Notes under the pieces: model-generated
What the model was told of the DNA's origin: nothing
The model's database searches: none
Seen by the model: the letters and a program-made list of their open reading frames with translations, nothing else
Made by a program: the position numbers and the translations under genes
Assembly: GCA_963725665.1 (NCBI GenBank)
Contig: CAVRZA010000003.1
Location: 128,001-192,000, forward strand
Direction: 5' to 3'
DNA from: an uncultured Actinomycetes bacterium
GTDB lineage: Bacteria; Actinomycetota; Thermoleophilia; UBA2241
Length of the DNA stretch: 64,000 nt
Part shown: in pieces, positions 47,343 through 57,165 of the stretch
Layout: each line of letters starts with the position of its first letter
Numbering within the stretch: position 1 is the first letter of the stretch

Positions 47343-47397
47343 TTGACCGCACGGTGTGCGGTGATATCATAATCCCGACCTTTCCAGTTGGTATTAT
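47343..47397 (+). promoter_or_regulatory. sigmaA promoter plus IscR-type operator
   Basis: TTGACC-N16-TATCAT; imperfect palindrome ATAATCCCGAC-N7-GTTGGTATTAT at 47369-47397. Confidence 0.75.
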
Positions 47398-47430
47398 GTT
47401 GCCGCTTCTGCGACGAGAAGAGGGTCTCGA

Positions 47431-47844
47431 GTGCGCATCTCATCCCGGTCAGAGTACGGCCTCAGGGCGATGGTCTACTTGGCTCGCCGTCCCGGCGGCT
47501 CCCCGGTGCCGCTGCCCGAGATCGCCCGCGACGAAGCCATCCCGACGGCGTTCTTGGAGCGCATACTGGCGGGGTTGCGCCGCGGCGGTCTGGTGAGCGC
47601 GACTCGCGGGGTGTACGGCGGGTACCAGCTCGCACGCGTCCCGGAGGAGATCTCGGTGGCCGACGTCATGGTCGCCCTCGAGGGGCCGCTCTCGCTGGTG
47701 GGCTGCGTGCCCGACGACGGCGCCTGCGACCGGGTCGACGGCTGCGCCTCGCGACAGGTGTGGCGGCGCCTCGACCAGGCGATCACGCACGCACTGACGG
47801 GCATCACGCTGAGGGATCTGACGACGGAGGCGACGAGCCCATGA
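47431..47844 (+). CDS. Rrf2 family regulator (IscR-like, three Cys)
   Basis: YGLRA..YLA, L.R.GLV...RG..GGY.L, C-X7-C-X5-C. Confidence 0.92.
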   Translation: MRISSRSEYGLRAMVYLARRPGGSPVPLPEIARDEAIPTAFLERILAGLRRGGLVSATRGVYGGYQLARVPEEISVADVMVALEGPLSLVGCVPDDGACDRVDGCASRQVWRRLDQAITHALTGITLRDLTTEATSP

Positions 47845-48998
47845 GAAGCGTCTACTTCGATCACGCCGCGACCACGGCGGTCGATCCGCGCGTCCTCGAA
47901 CGCATGCTTCCCTTCTTCAGCGAGCGCTACGGCAACCCGTCCGAGGTCCACGGCCTGGGGCGCGAGGCGCGCGCCGCCGTCGACGAGGCGCGCGCCCAGG
48001 TGGCGGCCGCGCTGGGCGCGGGCGAGAAGGAGATCGTCTTCACCAGCGGCGGAACGGAGTCCGACAATCTGGCGCTCCTGGGCGTGACGCAGAAGCTCGA
48101 GCCCGGCCACGTGATCATCAGCGCCGTCGAGCATCCCGCCGTCATGGAGACGGCGCGCTATCTGCAACGGCTGGATTGGGATGTGACGTTCGTGCCGGTC
48201 GACCGTCACGGCGTCATCGACGCGGATCACTACGAGGCTGCCTTCCGTGCCGACACGCGTCTCGCCAGCGTCATGACCGCCAACAACGTCATGGGCTCGC
48301 TGCAACCCATCGCGGAGCTGGCACGCCTCGCTCACGAGCGCGGCGTGACCTTTCACACCGACGCCGTGCAGGCGGTCGGCGCGGTGCCGGTCGACGTCAA
48401 CGCGCTCGGCGTCGATCTGCTGTCGCTCTCGGGTCACAAGGTCTACGGTCCCAAGGGCAGCGGCGCGCTCTTCGTGCGCCGCGGCGTACGCCTCGCGCCG
48501 GTGACACACGGCGGAGGGCACGAGCGTCGGCTGCGCTCGGGCACCGAGAACGTTCCCGGCATCGTCGGGCTCGGGGCGGCGCTCGCTATCGCGTGCGAGG
48601 AGCTGCCCGCGCAGCAGCCGCGCGTCACGGCCCTCCGCGACAGGCTGATCACGGGGGTCCTGGGCGCCGTCGAGGAGGTCACGCTGCTCGGGCACCCCAG
48701 CGAGCGCCTTCCCGGCAACGCCTGCTTCAGCATCCGCTACGTCGAGGGCGAGTCGATGGTCCTGCAGCTCGACGGCAGGGGCATCGCCGCAGCGAGCGGG
48801 TCGGCCTGCGCTTCCGGCTCGCTGGAACCCTCGCACGTCATCCTGGCGATGGGTCTCGGCGCTGAGGAGGCACACGGCAGCCTGCGGCTGACGCTGGGGC
48901 GCGAGAACAGCGCCGAAGACGTGGATTACTTCGTCGCGGTCCTGCCCGGCGTGGTCGAGAAGCTGCGCGCTATGAGTCCGCTCTACGCGAAAGGGTAG
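47841..48998 (+). CDS. iscS: Cysteine desulfurase IscS/NifS
   Basis: YFDHAATT, HTDAVQ, SGHKVYGPKG, SGSACASG; start ATG 47841. Confidence 0.95.
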   Translation: MRSVYFDHAATTAVDPRVLERMLPFFSERYGNPSEVHGLGREARAAVDEARAQVAAALGAGEKEIVFTSGGTESDNLALLGVTQKLEPGHVIISAVEHPAVMETARYLQRLDWDVTFVPVDRHGVIDADHYEAAFRADTRLASVMTANNVMGSLQPIAELARLAHERGVTFHTDAVQAVGAVPVDVNALGVDLLSLSGHKVYGPKGSGALFVRRGVRLAPVTHGGGHERRLRSGTENVPGIVGLGAALAIACEELPAQQPRVTALRDRLITGVLGAVEEVTLLGHPSERLPGNACFSIRYVEGESMVLQLDGRGIAAASGSACASGSLEPSHVILAMGLGAEEAHGSLRLTLGRENSAEDVDYFVAVLPGVVEKLRAMSPLYAKG

Positions 48999-49001
48999 TG
49001 G

Positions 49002-49409
49002 ATGTACACCGAGCTCGTTATGGACCACTTCTCCAACCCGCGCAACGTGGGCGAGGTCGAGGACGCCGACGGCGTCGGCCAGGTTGGCAACCCGGTCTGC
49101 GGCGACGTGATGCGCATGACCATCAAGGTCGACGACGACGATCACATCACGGACATCAAGTTCAAGACGTTCGGCTGCGGCGCCGCCGTGGCGACTTCGA
49201 GCATGGTGACCGAGATGGTGATGGGCAGAAGCCTCGCCGAGGCGGCCGAGATCTCGAACCGCACCGTCGCCGAGGCCCTCGGTGGCCTGCCGCCGCAGAA
49301 GATGCACTGCTCCAATCTGGCCGCCGATGCGGTGCATCTGGCGATCGAGGACTACCTCACCAGGAACGGCCGCAGCGACGAGATACCCGCCGTCCTAAAA
49401 AAAGCGTGA
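49002..49409 (+). CDS. iscU: Fe-S scaffold IscU/NifU-N
   Basis: DHF.NPRN, GNPVCGD, FGCGAA, LPPQKMHCS. Confidence 0.95.
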   Translation: MYTELVMDHFSNPRNVGEVEDADGVGQVGNPVCGDVMRMTIKVDDDDHITDIKFKTFGCGAAVATSSMVTEMVMGRSLAEAAEISNRTVAEALGGLPPQKMHCSNLAADAVHLAIEDYLTRNGRSDEIPAVLKKA

Positions 49410-50584
49410 TCGTCGGCCTGAGCGGCGGCGTCGACAGCGCCGTCGCGGCTCTGCTGCTCCGTGAGCAGGGCTATGAGGTGCGGGCGGCCACGCTGAAGCT
49501 CTGGCCGAGTGAGGACGAGCGCTCCTGCTGCTCGCCCCAGGCCGTCGCCCGCGCCCGCGAGGCGGCGCACGCGCTGGGTCTGCCACACTTCAGCGTCGAT
49601 GAGCGGACGCGCTTCGCCGCACGCGTCGTCGACCCGTTCGTGCGCGCCTACGAGGACGGAGAGACGCCGAACCCGTGCACGGCCTGCAACCCCGACCGCC
49701 TGCGGCGCCTGCTACAGCTCGCCAACCGTCTCGGTGACGGCTACGTCGCCACGGGCCACTACGCCCGTGTCGTGGATGCCGACGGCCGGCCCTTCACCGG
49801 CGAGGGAGAGGCCTTCGTGGCCCGCGGACGCGACCGGGCCAAGGATCAGTCGTACATGCTGTGGCGCGTGCCCGGCGATGTGCTGGCGCGCCTGCTCCTG
49901 CCGCTCGGCGACCTGGAGAAGGCCGAGGTGCGCGCGCGGGCAGCGCGGGCGGGCCTCGCCGTCGCCGATCAGGCCGAAAGCCAAGAGGTGTGTTTCGCGC
50001 CGGAGGACTACCGCGCCTTCCTGGCCGCCCGCGGCGTCCGCGCGCGTCAGGGAGCAATCGTCGCGCGCGACGGCCGCGAGCTCGGTCGCCATACAGGACA
50101 GTGGCGCTTCACCATCGGCCAGCGGCGTGGCTTGGGTGTGAGCGGCCCAGAGCCGCTCTACGTGCTCGAGCGACGCGCGGCGGCCAACGAGGTAGTCGTC
50201 GGCCGCCGCGCGGAGCTCGACGCGCGCGAGATCGAGCTGCGCGAGCTCACCGACCGCGGATTGGCGCCGGTCGCGGGGCGCGTGGCCGGGCGGCCGCTGC
50301 TCGGCGGGGAGGAGCTGGGTCCAGAGGCGGCGCTCGAGGTGCAGCTGCGCTACCGGGCGGGCGCGGTCGGCGTCGCGCGACTGACGCGGCGCGACGCCGA
50401 CCGCGCCCGCCTCACCCTGGCCGCGCCCTTCGCGGGACCGGCGCCCGGTCAGTCGGCGGTCTTCTACCGCGGGGGGGTCGTGGTCGGCGGCGGCGTCATC
50501 GCCGCGAGCGGCGGGTGGACGGTGCCGGGCGCGGACGTCTCGAGACCCGGAGAGCCCCGCCGGTGCCGGGAAGACTCTCGCTGA
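49406..50584 (+). CDS. mnmA: tRNA U34 2-thiouridylase MnmA (CxxC type)
   Basis: SGGVDS PP-loop, PNPCTACN, ATGHY, KDQSY, SQEVCF, TIGQRRG, PGQ. Confidence 0.93.
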   Translation: MIVGLSGGVDSAVAALLLREQGYEVRAATLKLWPSEDERSCCSPQAVARAREAAHALGLPHFSVDERTRFAARVVDPFVRAYEDGETPNPCTACNPDRLRRLLQLANRLGDGYVATGHYARVVDADGRPFTGEGEAFVARGRDRAKDQSYMLWRVPGDVLARLLLPLGDLEKAEVRARAARAGLAVADQAESQEVCFAPEDYRAFLAARGVRARQGAIVARDGRELGRHTGQWRFTIGQRRGLGVSGPEPLYVLERRAAANEVVVGRRAELDAREIELRELTDRGLAPVAGRVAGRPLLGGEELGPEAALEVQLRYRAGAVGVARLTRRDADRARLTLAAPFAGPAPGQSAVFYRGGVVVGGGVIAASGGWTVPGADVSRPGEPRRCREDSR

Positions 50585-50668
50585 GGCGTTTTGCAGGCAT
50601 CATCTCCAGGCATAACCGGATGTGATAGTGTGTCCACTCGTCTGGTCTGGATGTGAAGGAGGGAGGGG

Positions 50669-51346
50669 ATGGTCCAGTCGTATGTCATCGCTGCGAACAC
50701 GCCGGGCACGGTCCTGCGGTACGCGGCGGCATTCTTCCTTGTCGTGGTGGCCATCGGTCTGGTCATCGCCCTCATCCGCCTCGCCCAGACGCTGAACCGC
50801 GTCGACAAGCTGGTCGAGGACACCGACAGGGAGATGGTGCCCCTGTTGAGCCGGGCGCAGGTGACCCTCGATCAGGTAAACAGCGAGCTCGGCAAGGTCG
50901 ACGAGATCCTCGGGAGTGTGGTCAACGTCACCAGCAAGGTCGACGCTACCACGAACGTCGTGCAGACGGCCGTCACCGCGCCCGCCAAGAAGGCGGCCGC
51001 TTTCAGCGCCGGCGTATCGCAGGCCGTGGCGAGCTTCTTCGCCCGTCACGACGACGAGGGCGCCGACAAGACGGCCGGCGAGCAGGCGGGCGCACAGCGT
51101 CCCTCCTGGGCGTCGACGTGGTCGGCGGGAGCCGGCGCCGAGAAGACGGAGGCCGGGGCGACCGCGGCCGGTGGTGCAGGCCCCGAGACCGACGAGGCGC
51201 CAGGTCCGGTTTCGGCTTCGGTGGGAGGCTGGACGAGTCCCTCGTCGTCGGGCGATGGTGCGCCCGACTCGGCCGTCACGGCGACGGAAGGCGAGGGCGA
51301 CGCGCTCCCCAAAGGGGCGAGCGAGGAGGAGACGAGCGCGACATGA
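50669..51346 (+). CDS. DUF948/YoxC-like membrane coiled-coil protein with acidic tail
   Basis: SD AGGGAGG; TM followed by heptad repeats. Confidence 0.65.
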   Translation: MVQSYVIAANTPGTVLRYAAAFFLVVVAIGLVIALIRLAQTLNRVDKLVEDTDREMVPLLSRAQVTLDQVNSELGKVDEILGSVVNVTSKVDATTNVVQTAVTAPAKKAAAFSAGVSQAVASFFARHDDEGADKTAGEQAGAQRPSWASTWSAGAGAEKTEAGATAAGGAGPETDEAPGPVSASVGGWTSPSSSGDGAPDSAVTATEGEGDALPKGASEEETSAT

Positions 51347-51606
51347 GGTTTCTGGGCGCGCTCGGCCTCGGAGCCGTCGTCGCCGGCGTCGGGCTGGCGT
51401 ACTGCGTGCGCCGAGAGAGCCTGCGCACCGGTGAGGGCTACCTGGCCGCGTTGCGGCAGTTCCCGGCGCAGGCGTCGTCGCTCGTCGACGACGCGCGCCG
51501 CCGCGGCCGCCTCGCCGTGAGCGAGGGTCTTCAGGCGGCGCGCATGCGCGAAGAGCAGGTCGCGCGACGGCTCACCGTGGCCGAGTCGTCGCAGGAATCT
51601 ACGTAG
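51343..51606 (+). CDS. Small membrane-anchored protein (YtxH-like)
   Basis: ATGA overlap with the previous stop; N-terminal GLGAVVAG TM then helix. Confidence 0.55.
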   Translation: MRFLGALGLGAVVAGVGLAYCVRRESLRTGEGYLAALRQFPAQASSLVDDARRRGRLAVSEGLQAARMREEQVARRLTVAESSQEST

Positions 51607-51611
51607 ATCTG

Positions 51612-52019
51612 GTGTCGGTGAACGATAGCATCCGTCTCGAGGTCCCCGCCTCGGCCTCGTTCTTTCCCGTCGTGCGTATGGTCGTTGGCGGCGCCGCGGC
51701 GCGCGCCGACCTGCGTCTCGACCAGTTGCAGGACCTGCAGATGGCGCTCGAGGAGCTGTTGTGCGCCGCGCAGGGCCTCGATGAGGCGAGTCGTTACGCG
51801 GTCGTCACTCACGTCGAGAGCAGCTGCCTGACGGTCTCGGCCGGGCCTTTCAGCTCCGCCGAGCTGCGCGCTCTGCTCGTACGCGATGCCGACCACGAGA
51901 GCTTCGACCTGACCCACCTCCTCGCGCACATGGTGCACTCGCTCGATGTGCGGGACGACTGTGACGGCTTCTGGGTCGCCATCGGCATGCGCCTCGGCGA
52001 GGAGCTGACCGTCAACTAG
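51612..52019 (+). CDS. RsbW-like anti-sigma factor, degenerate kinase motifs
   Basis: IRLEVPA...VVR......A......DL..AL.EL; directly upstream of a SigB-type sigma. Confidence 0.7.
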   Translation: MSVNDSIRLEVPASASFFPVVRMVVGGAAARADLRLDQLQDLQMALEELLCAAQGLDEASRYAVVTHVESSCLTVSAGPFSSAELRALLVRDADHESFDLTHLLAHMVHSLDVRDDCDGFWVAIGMRLGEELTVN

Positions 52020-52053
52020 ACGAGGGCCGCGCGAGCGGCCGAGAGGACGATCG

Positions 52054-52983
52054 ATGAAGGATCCCCTCGACATGGACGCCCTGGATCAGACGGGTTCCTA
52101 CGACGAGGAAGAAGAGGACGAGGACGAAGAGGAGGAGCGCGAGGACGAGCTCGCGGACGAGGGCTCATTGGCCTCCGCCACCGGCAAGGGCAAGGACGAG
52201 TCCGAGAAGCTCGACCAGTTCCTCCTGCGCCGCTACCACCTCTACGGCGACCGGCAGGCGCGCGACAAGCTGATCACGATGTACCTGCCGCTCGTGCGCT
52301 CGCTGGCGCGGCGCTACTCGTCGCGCGGCGAGCATTTCGACGATCTCGTCCAGGTCGGGTCGATCGGCCTTATCAAGGCCATCGACCGCTTCGACCTGTC
52401 ACGCGGCGTCGAGCTCACCACGTACGCGACGCCGAACATCATCGGCGAGATCAAGCGCTACTTCCGCGACAAGGGCTGGTCGGTGCGTGTGCCGCGCGGC
52501 CTGCAGGAGCTCAACATCCGTCTCAACAAGGTCATCGACCAGCTCGTCATGCAGCTCCAGCGGGCGCCGACCGTCAACGAGATCGCCAAGGCCGCCGGTG
52601 CGACGCCCGAGGAGGTCCTGGAGGCGCTCGAGACGAGCCAGGCGTACAACTCCGTGTCGCTGCAGGCGTCGCCCAACGGCGAGTCCGGCGACGACGAGAC
52701 CGGCCTCATCGACTATATGGGAGCCGACGAGGAGGCCTACGACGCCATGGAGGACCGGACGATGCTCGCGCCGGGCTTCGCCAAGCTCGACAAGCGCGAG
52801 CGCTACATCCTCCACCTGCGCTTCTTCGAGGGTCTCACGCAGTCGCAGATCGCCGCCCGGGTGGGCATCTCGCAGATGCACGTGTCGCGCCTCATCCGGC
52901 GCTCGCTGGAGAAGCTGCGCGAAGAGATCGGCGACATCGCCGAGGCTCACGGCGGCAGCCGGGCCATCGGGGGGGAGAGATAG
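52054..52983 (+). CDS. SigB/SigF/SigG family sigma factor with acidic N-terminus
   Basis: DLVQVGSIGLIKAIDRFD, GEIKRYFRDKGW.VRVPR, GISQMHVSR. Confidence 0.95.
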   Translation: MKDPLDMDALDQTGSYDEEEEDEDEEEEREDELADEGSLASATGKGKDESEKLDQFLLRRYHLYGDRQARDKLITMYLPLVRSLARRYSSRGEHFDDLVQVGSIGLIKAIDRFDLSRGVELTTYATPNIIGEIKRYFRDKGWSVRVPRGLQELNIRLNKVIDQLVMQLQRAPTVNEIAKAAGATPEEVLEALETSQAYNSVSLQASPNGESGDDETGLIDYMGADEEAYDAMEDRTMLAPGFAKLDKRERYILHLRFFEGLTQSQIAARVGISQMHVSRLIRRSLEKLREEIGDIAEAHGGSRAIGGER

Positions 52984-52984
52984 G

Positions 52985-55612
52985 GTGGACGCGGCGTCTC
53001 TGCGCAAGCGCTTCGTGGAGTTCTTCGTCGAGCGTCAGCACTTGGCCCACGAGCCGGCCAGCCTGATCCCGGCCGGCGACCCCAGTGTGCTCTTCACGAC
53101 CGCCGGCATGCAGCAGTTCAAGCCCTACTACCTCGGCGTCGAGACGCCGCCGGCTCCCCGCATCACGACGGTGCAGCCCTGCTTCCGCACCTCCGACATC
53201 GAGAACGTCGGGCGCACCGCTCGGCACCTCACCTTCTTCGAGATGCTGGGCAACTTCGCCTTCGGCGACTACTTCAAGGAGGAGGCCATCGCCTGGGCGC
53301 TCGAGCTCTCCGACGAGCTTGGCCTCCCTCGCGAGCGCATCTGGGCCAGCGTGTTCGGCGGCGACGAGCAGGTGCCGGCCGACGAGGAGTCGATCGCCAT
53401 CTGGAAGCGCCACGGGTTCCCCGACGAGAAGATCGTCCGGCTGCCCCGTCGTGAGAACTTCTGGGGGCCCGCAGGGGCCACCGGCCCCTGCGGGCCCTGT
53501 TCGGAGCTCTACTACGACAACGGCCCCGAGGTCGGCTGCGGGCGGCCCGACTGTGCCCCAGGCTGTGACTGCGACCGCTTCATCGAGTACTGGAACCTGG
53601 TCTTTACCGAGTACGACATGGACGAGAAGGGCGGCCTCTCGCCCCTGCCCAACAAGAACATCGACACGGGCATGGGCTTGGAGCGCATCTCCGCCGTCAC
53701 GCAGGGCGTCGTCTCGGTCTACGAGACCGACCTCTTCAGGCCACTGATCGAGCTCGGCGAGCAGCTCTCGGGCGTCGCCCACGACTCGTCCGACCAGGCA
53801 CGGCGCGCCCTGCGCACGATGGCCGAGCACGCCCGCGGGGTCGCCTTCCTCGTCATGGACGGCGTGACGCCGGGCAACGAGGGGCGCGACTACGTGCTGC
53901 GCCGCGTCATCCGCCGCGCCGTGCAGCAGGGTGTGGGCATCGGCTTGCACGAGCCCTTCCTGGCCAAGCTGTGCGCACGGGTCGTCGAGATGTACAGCGA
54001 CGCCTACCCCGAGCTGGCCGCGGCGCGGGCGACGATCCTCGAGGTGGCCGGTGACGAGGAGGCGCGCTTCACGCACACCCTCGAGCAGGGCATGGGCATC
54101 CTCGACGAGGCGTTGCGCCGGGCGCGCGATTCTGGTGAGGAGCTTCCCGCCGAGGTCGCCTTCGAGCTGCACGACACCTACGGCTTCCCCTTCGACCTGA
54201 CGCGCGAGATCGCCGAGGACCACGGCATGCACGTCGATGAGGGGCGTTTCGAGCGCTTGATGGACGAGCAGCGCGAGCGCGCCCGCAAGGCGCAGCGCGC
54301 CGGCGAGCGCGCCGGGGTGCAGGCCGAGGTCGGCGCCTTCCAGCGGCGGACGACGGCGCAGCCGACGTCGTTCGTCGGCTACGAGCGTCTCGAGGTGTTC
54401 ACCGTCATCCGCGCGCTGCAGCAGCTCTCCGATGGGCGCTACGCCCTCAAGCTCGAGGAATCGCCCTTCTACGCCGAGGGAGGCGGGCAGGTGGCCGACC
54501 GTGGCTGGGTCCACACCGAGTCGGGCAAGCTCGACGTCGAGGACGTGGTGCGCTTCGACACGGACCAGGTCGTGATCGCTCGCCTGCAGGAGGGCGCGCT
54601 CGGCGAAGGCGAGCGCGCCAAGGCGATGGTCAACGCGGTGCGGCGTCACCAGACGGCCGCCAATCACACGGCCACGCACCTCCTGCACAACGCGCTGCGT
54701 CTCGTGCTGGGGGAGGGCGTCAAGCAGGCGGGCTCGCTCGTCGCGCCCGATCGTCTGCGCTTCGACTACGCCACGCGACAGGCGCCGACAAAGGAGCAGT
54801 TGCGCCAGATCGAGGACCTGGTCAACCGGCGCGTCGTCGAGAACCACCCCGTGCGCCCCTTCGTGACGACGAAGGAGTACGCGGCCGAGATCGGCGCCAT
54901 CGCCTTCTTCGAGGAGAAGTACGGCGAGTACGTGCGTGTGCTCGAGATCGACGACATCAGCCGCGAGCTATGCGGCGGCACCCACGTCTCCTGGACCTCT
55001 GAGATCGGCCTCTGCAAGATCACCGGCAGCTCGTCGGTGGGTGCCAGCACGCGGCGCATCGAGGCCGTCACCTCGGCTAAAGCGATCGAGTACTTCCGCG
55101 GCCTCGAGGGGGAGGTCGCGGCGCTGGCCGACGAGCTGGACGTGCGTCCCGACCGTCTCGTTGCGACCGTGCGCAAGCAGGCGGCGCTGGTCGAGGAGCT
55201 CAAGGAGAAGCTGCGCGCCGCCGAGAGCGGCGCTCTCGTCGACACGGCAGCCGAGCTGATGGATGCGGCCCAGGTCGTATCGGGCACCCCGCTCGTCGCC
55301 TCGTCGCCTCCGGTGGACGACGTCGACGAGCTCCTGGCGATCGCCGATCGAGTGCGCGCGCACCTGCCCGACGCCGCCGTCATCCTGGCCTCGGAGGTCG
55401 ACGGCAAGGTCCCCGTGGTCGTCTCCGTCGGCGACGCAGCCGTCGGGCGCGGCGTGCACGCGCATGAGATCCTCAGGGCCATGCTGCCGGCGATCGAGGG
55501 CAAGGGGGGCGGCAAGCCCAACCTGGCCCGCGGCTCCGGCTCGCGGCCGGAGGGCATCGAGACCGCCGTCGCGGCCGGCGCCGAGGCGGTCCGCCAGGCG
55601 CTCGGCGCCTGA
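52985..55612 (+). CDS. alaS: Alanine-tRNA ligase
   Basis: FTTAGM, FFEMLGNF, GPCGPCSE, DTYGFP, HTATHLLH, ELCGGTH, GGGK. Confidence 0.97.
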   Translation: MDAASLRKRFVEFFVERQHLAHEPASLIPAGDPSVLFTTAGMQQFKPYYLGVETPPAPRITTVQPCFRTSDIENVGRTARHLTFFEMLGNFAFGDYFKEEAIAWALELSDELGLPRERIWASVFGGDEQVPADEESIAIWKRHGFPDEKIVRLPRRENFWGPAGATGPCGPCSELYYDNGPEVGCGRPDCAPGCDCDRFIEYWNLVFTEYDMDEKGGLSPLPNKNIDTGMGLERISAVTQGVVSVYETDLFRPLIELGEQLSGVAHDSSDQARRALRTMAEHARGVAFLVMDGVTPGNEGRDYVLRRVIRRAVQQGVGIGLHEPFLAKLCARVVEMYSDAYPELAAARATILEVAGDEEARFTHTLEQGMGILDEALRRARDSGEELPAEVAFELHDTYGFPFDLTREIAEDHGMHVDEGRFERLMDEQRERARKAQRAGERAGVQAEVGAFQRRTTAQPTSFVGYERLEVFTVIRALQQLSDGRYALKLEESPFYAEGGGQVADRGWVHTESGKLDVEDVVRFDTDQVVIARLQEGALGEGERAKAMVNAVRRHQTAANHTATHLLHNALRLVLGEGVKQAGSLVAPDRLRFDYATRQAPTKEQLRQIEDLVNRRVVENHPVRPFVTTKEYAAEIGAIAFFEEKYGEYVRVLEIDDISRELCGGTHVSWTSEIGLCKITGSSSVGASTRRIEAVTSAKAIEYFRGLEGEVAALADELDVRPDRLVATVRKQAALVEELKEKLRAAESGALVDTAAELMDAAQVVSGTPLVASSPPVDDVDELLAIADRVRAHLPDAAVILASEVDGKVPVVVSVGDAAVGRGVHAHEILRAMLPAIEGKGGGKPNLARGSGSRPEGIETAVAAGAEAVRQALGA

Positions 55613-55666
55613 AGACGGTCCCGCGCCGCGCTGCTCCCGCGCGTGCTATGCTCCCCGACTGACGTC

Positions 55667-56053
55667 ATGCGGACCCTCGCCCTCGACTTCGGCCCGGCGC
55701 GCACCGGGGTCGCCGTGAGCGACGAGACCGGGACCATCGCCCGGCCGCTCACCGTCGTCGCCGACGCCGAGTCGGCGACCGGGCTGGCGGCCATCGTCGA
55801 GGTCGTCGCCGAGCAAGGGGCTGGGCAGGTGGTCGTCGGCGTCCCGGTGTCGCTCGACGCACGGGAGCGCGAGCAGGCGCGGCGAGCGCGAGCCTTCGCG
55901 CGCCGCCTGGGCGAGCGTCTGACGGTGCCTGTGGCCACGTACGACGAGCGTTTCACGACCAAGGTGGCACGGCGGCGTGGCGGCGCGGGGCCGCTCGACG
56001 CCCGCGCCGCCGCACTCATCCTCGAGGACTACCTCCGTGCGCGATCGACCTGA
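55667..56053 (+). CDS. ruvX: RuvX/YqgF family nuclease
   Basis: LALDFG..RTGVAVSD, DERFTT, D..AA..IL..YL; alaS-ruvX-mltG-aroE synteny. Confidence 0.92.
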   Translation: MRTLALDFGPARTGVAVSDETGTIARPLTVVADAESATGLAAIVEVVAEQGAGQVVVGVPVSLDAREREQARRARAFARRLGERLTVPVATYDERFTTKVARRRGGAGPLDARAAALILEDYLRARST

Positions 56054-57165
56054 CGGCCGGCCGTCGGACTGGTTCGACGAGCCGGTGGAGCCGGACGCCC
56101 TGCGGCGCGGGCGGCGGCCGCCGCGCGGCCGCCGCCCGCGCCGCAGGGCGCGGGCGGCGATCGTCCTTGCCGTCTTCGCTCCTCGTCCTGCTCGTGCCGG
56201 CGGGGATCTACTTCTTCGTCGTGCGGCCCTATTTCGCCACCGGCACGCCCGGGGACCAGGTCAGCGTGACCGTTCCCAAGGGGGCCACGCTGAGCGACGT
56301 CGCGGCGTTGCTCGAGCAGGCGGGAGTCGTCAAGCATGCGACCGCGTTCCGCATCGAGGCCGAGCGCGCCGGTCACGCCTCAGACCTGAAGCCGGGCACC
56401 TACACCCTGCAGGTGAACGAGCCCTTCGACAGGCTCATAGCCCAGCTCGTGGCCGGAGGGCGTCCCGACACCGTGAGGGTCACCATCCCCGAGGGCTACA
56501 CGGCGCGGCAGACGGGCGAGATCGCCGCCAGCAAGTTGAAGCGCGTGACCAGCCGGGCCTACGAGCGCCTGACGCTGACGCAGCCGCTGTTGTTCACCCT
56601 CGATGGCTATCGGGCAGGGACCCGGCTGGAAGGGTTGCTCTTCCCGGCCACCTACGAGGTCGCGCCTTCGATCGGCGCGCGCGCCTTCGTGCGTCAGCAG
56701 CTGACGGCGTTCAAGCGCGCGCTGGCCGGCATCGACATGACCCGCGCGCGCAAGGCCAACCTGACGTCCTACGACGTGGCCATCATCGGGTCTATGGTCG
56801 AGCGCGAGGCGCGCGTCGCCGGCGAGCGGCGTCTGGTCGCGGCCGTCATCTGGAACCGGCTGCGCCTGGGCATGCCGCTGCAGATCGATGCGACCATCCA
56901 GTACTTGTTGCCCGAGCACAAGGCCAGGCTCTCGTACGCCGACCTGCAGATTCCCTCGCCCTACAACACCTACCTGCACACCGGCTTGCCGCCGACGCCG
57001 ATCGCGAACGCCGGCGCCGCGTCGCTCAAGGCCGCGGCCAACCCCGCCCGCGTCGGCTACCTCTACTACGTGGCGCGCGACGATGGCTCGGGCCGGCACT
57101 ACTTCTCGTCGACCTACGCGCAGTTCCTCCAGGACAAGGCCAAAGCGCAGGCTCAGGGGCAGTAG
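56037..57165 (+). CDS. mltG: Endolytic transglycosylase MltG (one extra base ~56179, probable error)
   Basis: TIPEG, LEG.LFP.TY, S.VERE, LQIDAT, SPYNTY...GLPPTPI; N-terminus and start of TM lie in the previous frame. Confidence 0.9.

Noticed and set aside
50588-50613. SigB-type promoter GTTT-N16-AGGCAT before the DUF948 operon
   Set aside because: -10 match is weak, and a TAGTGT sigmaA-like box nearby explains the promoter equally well
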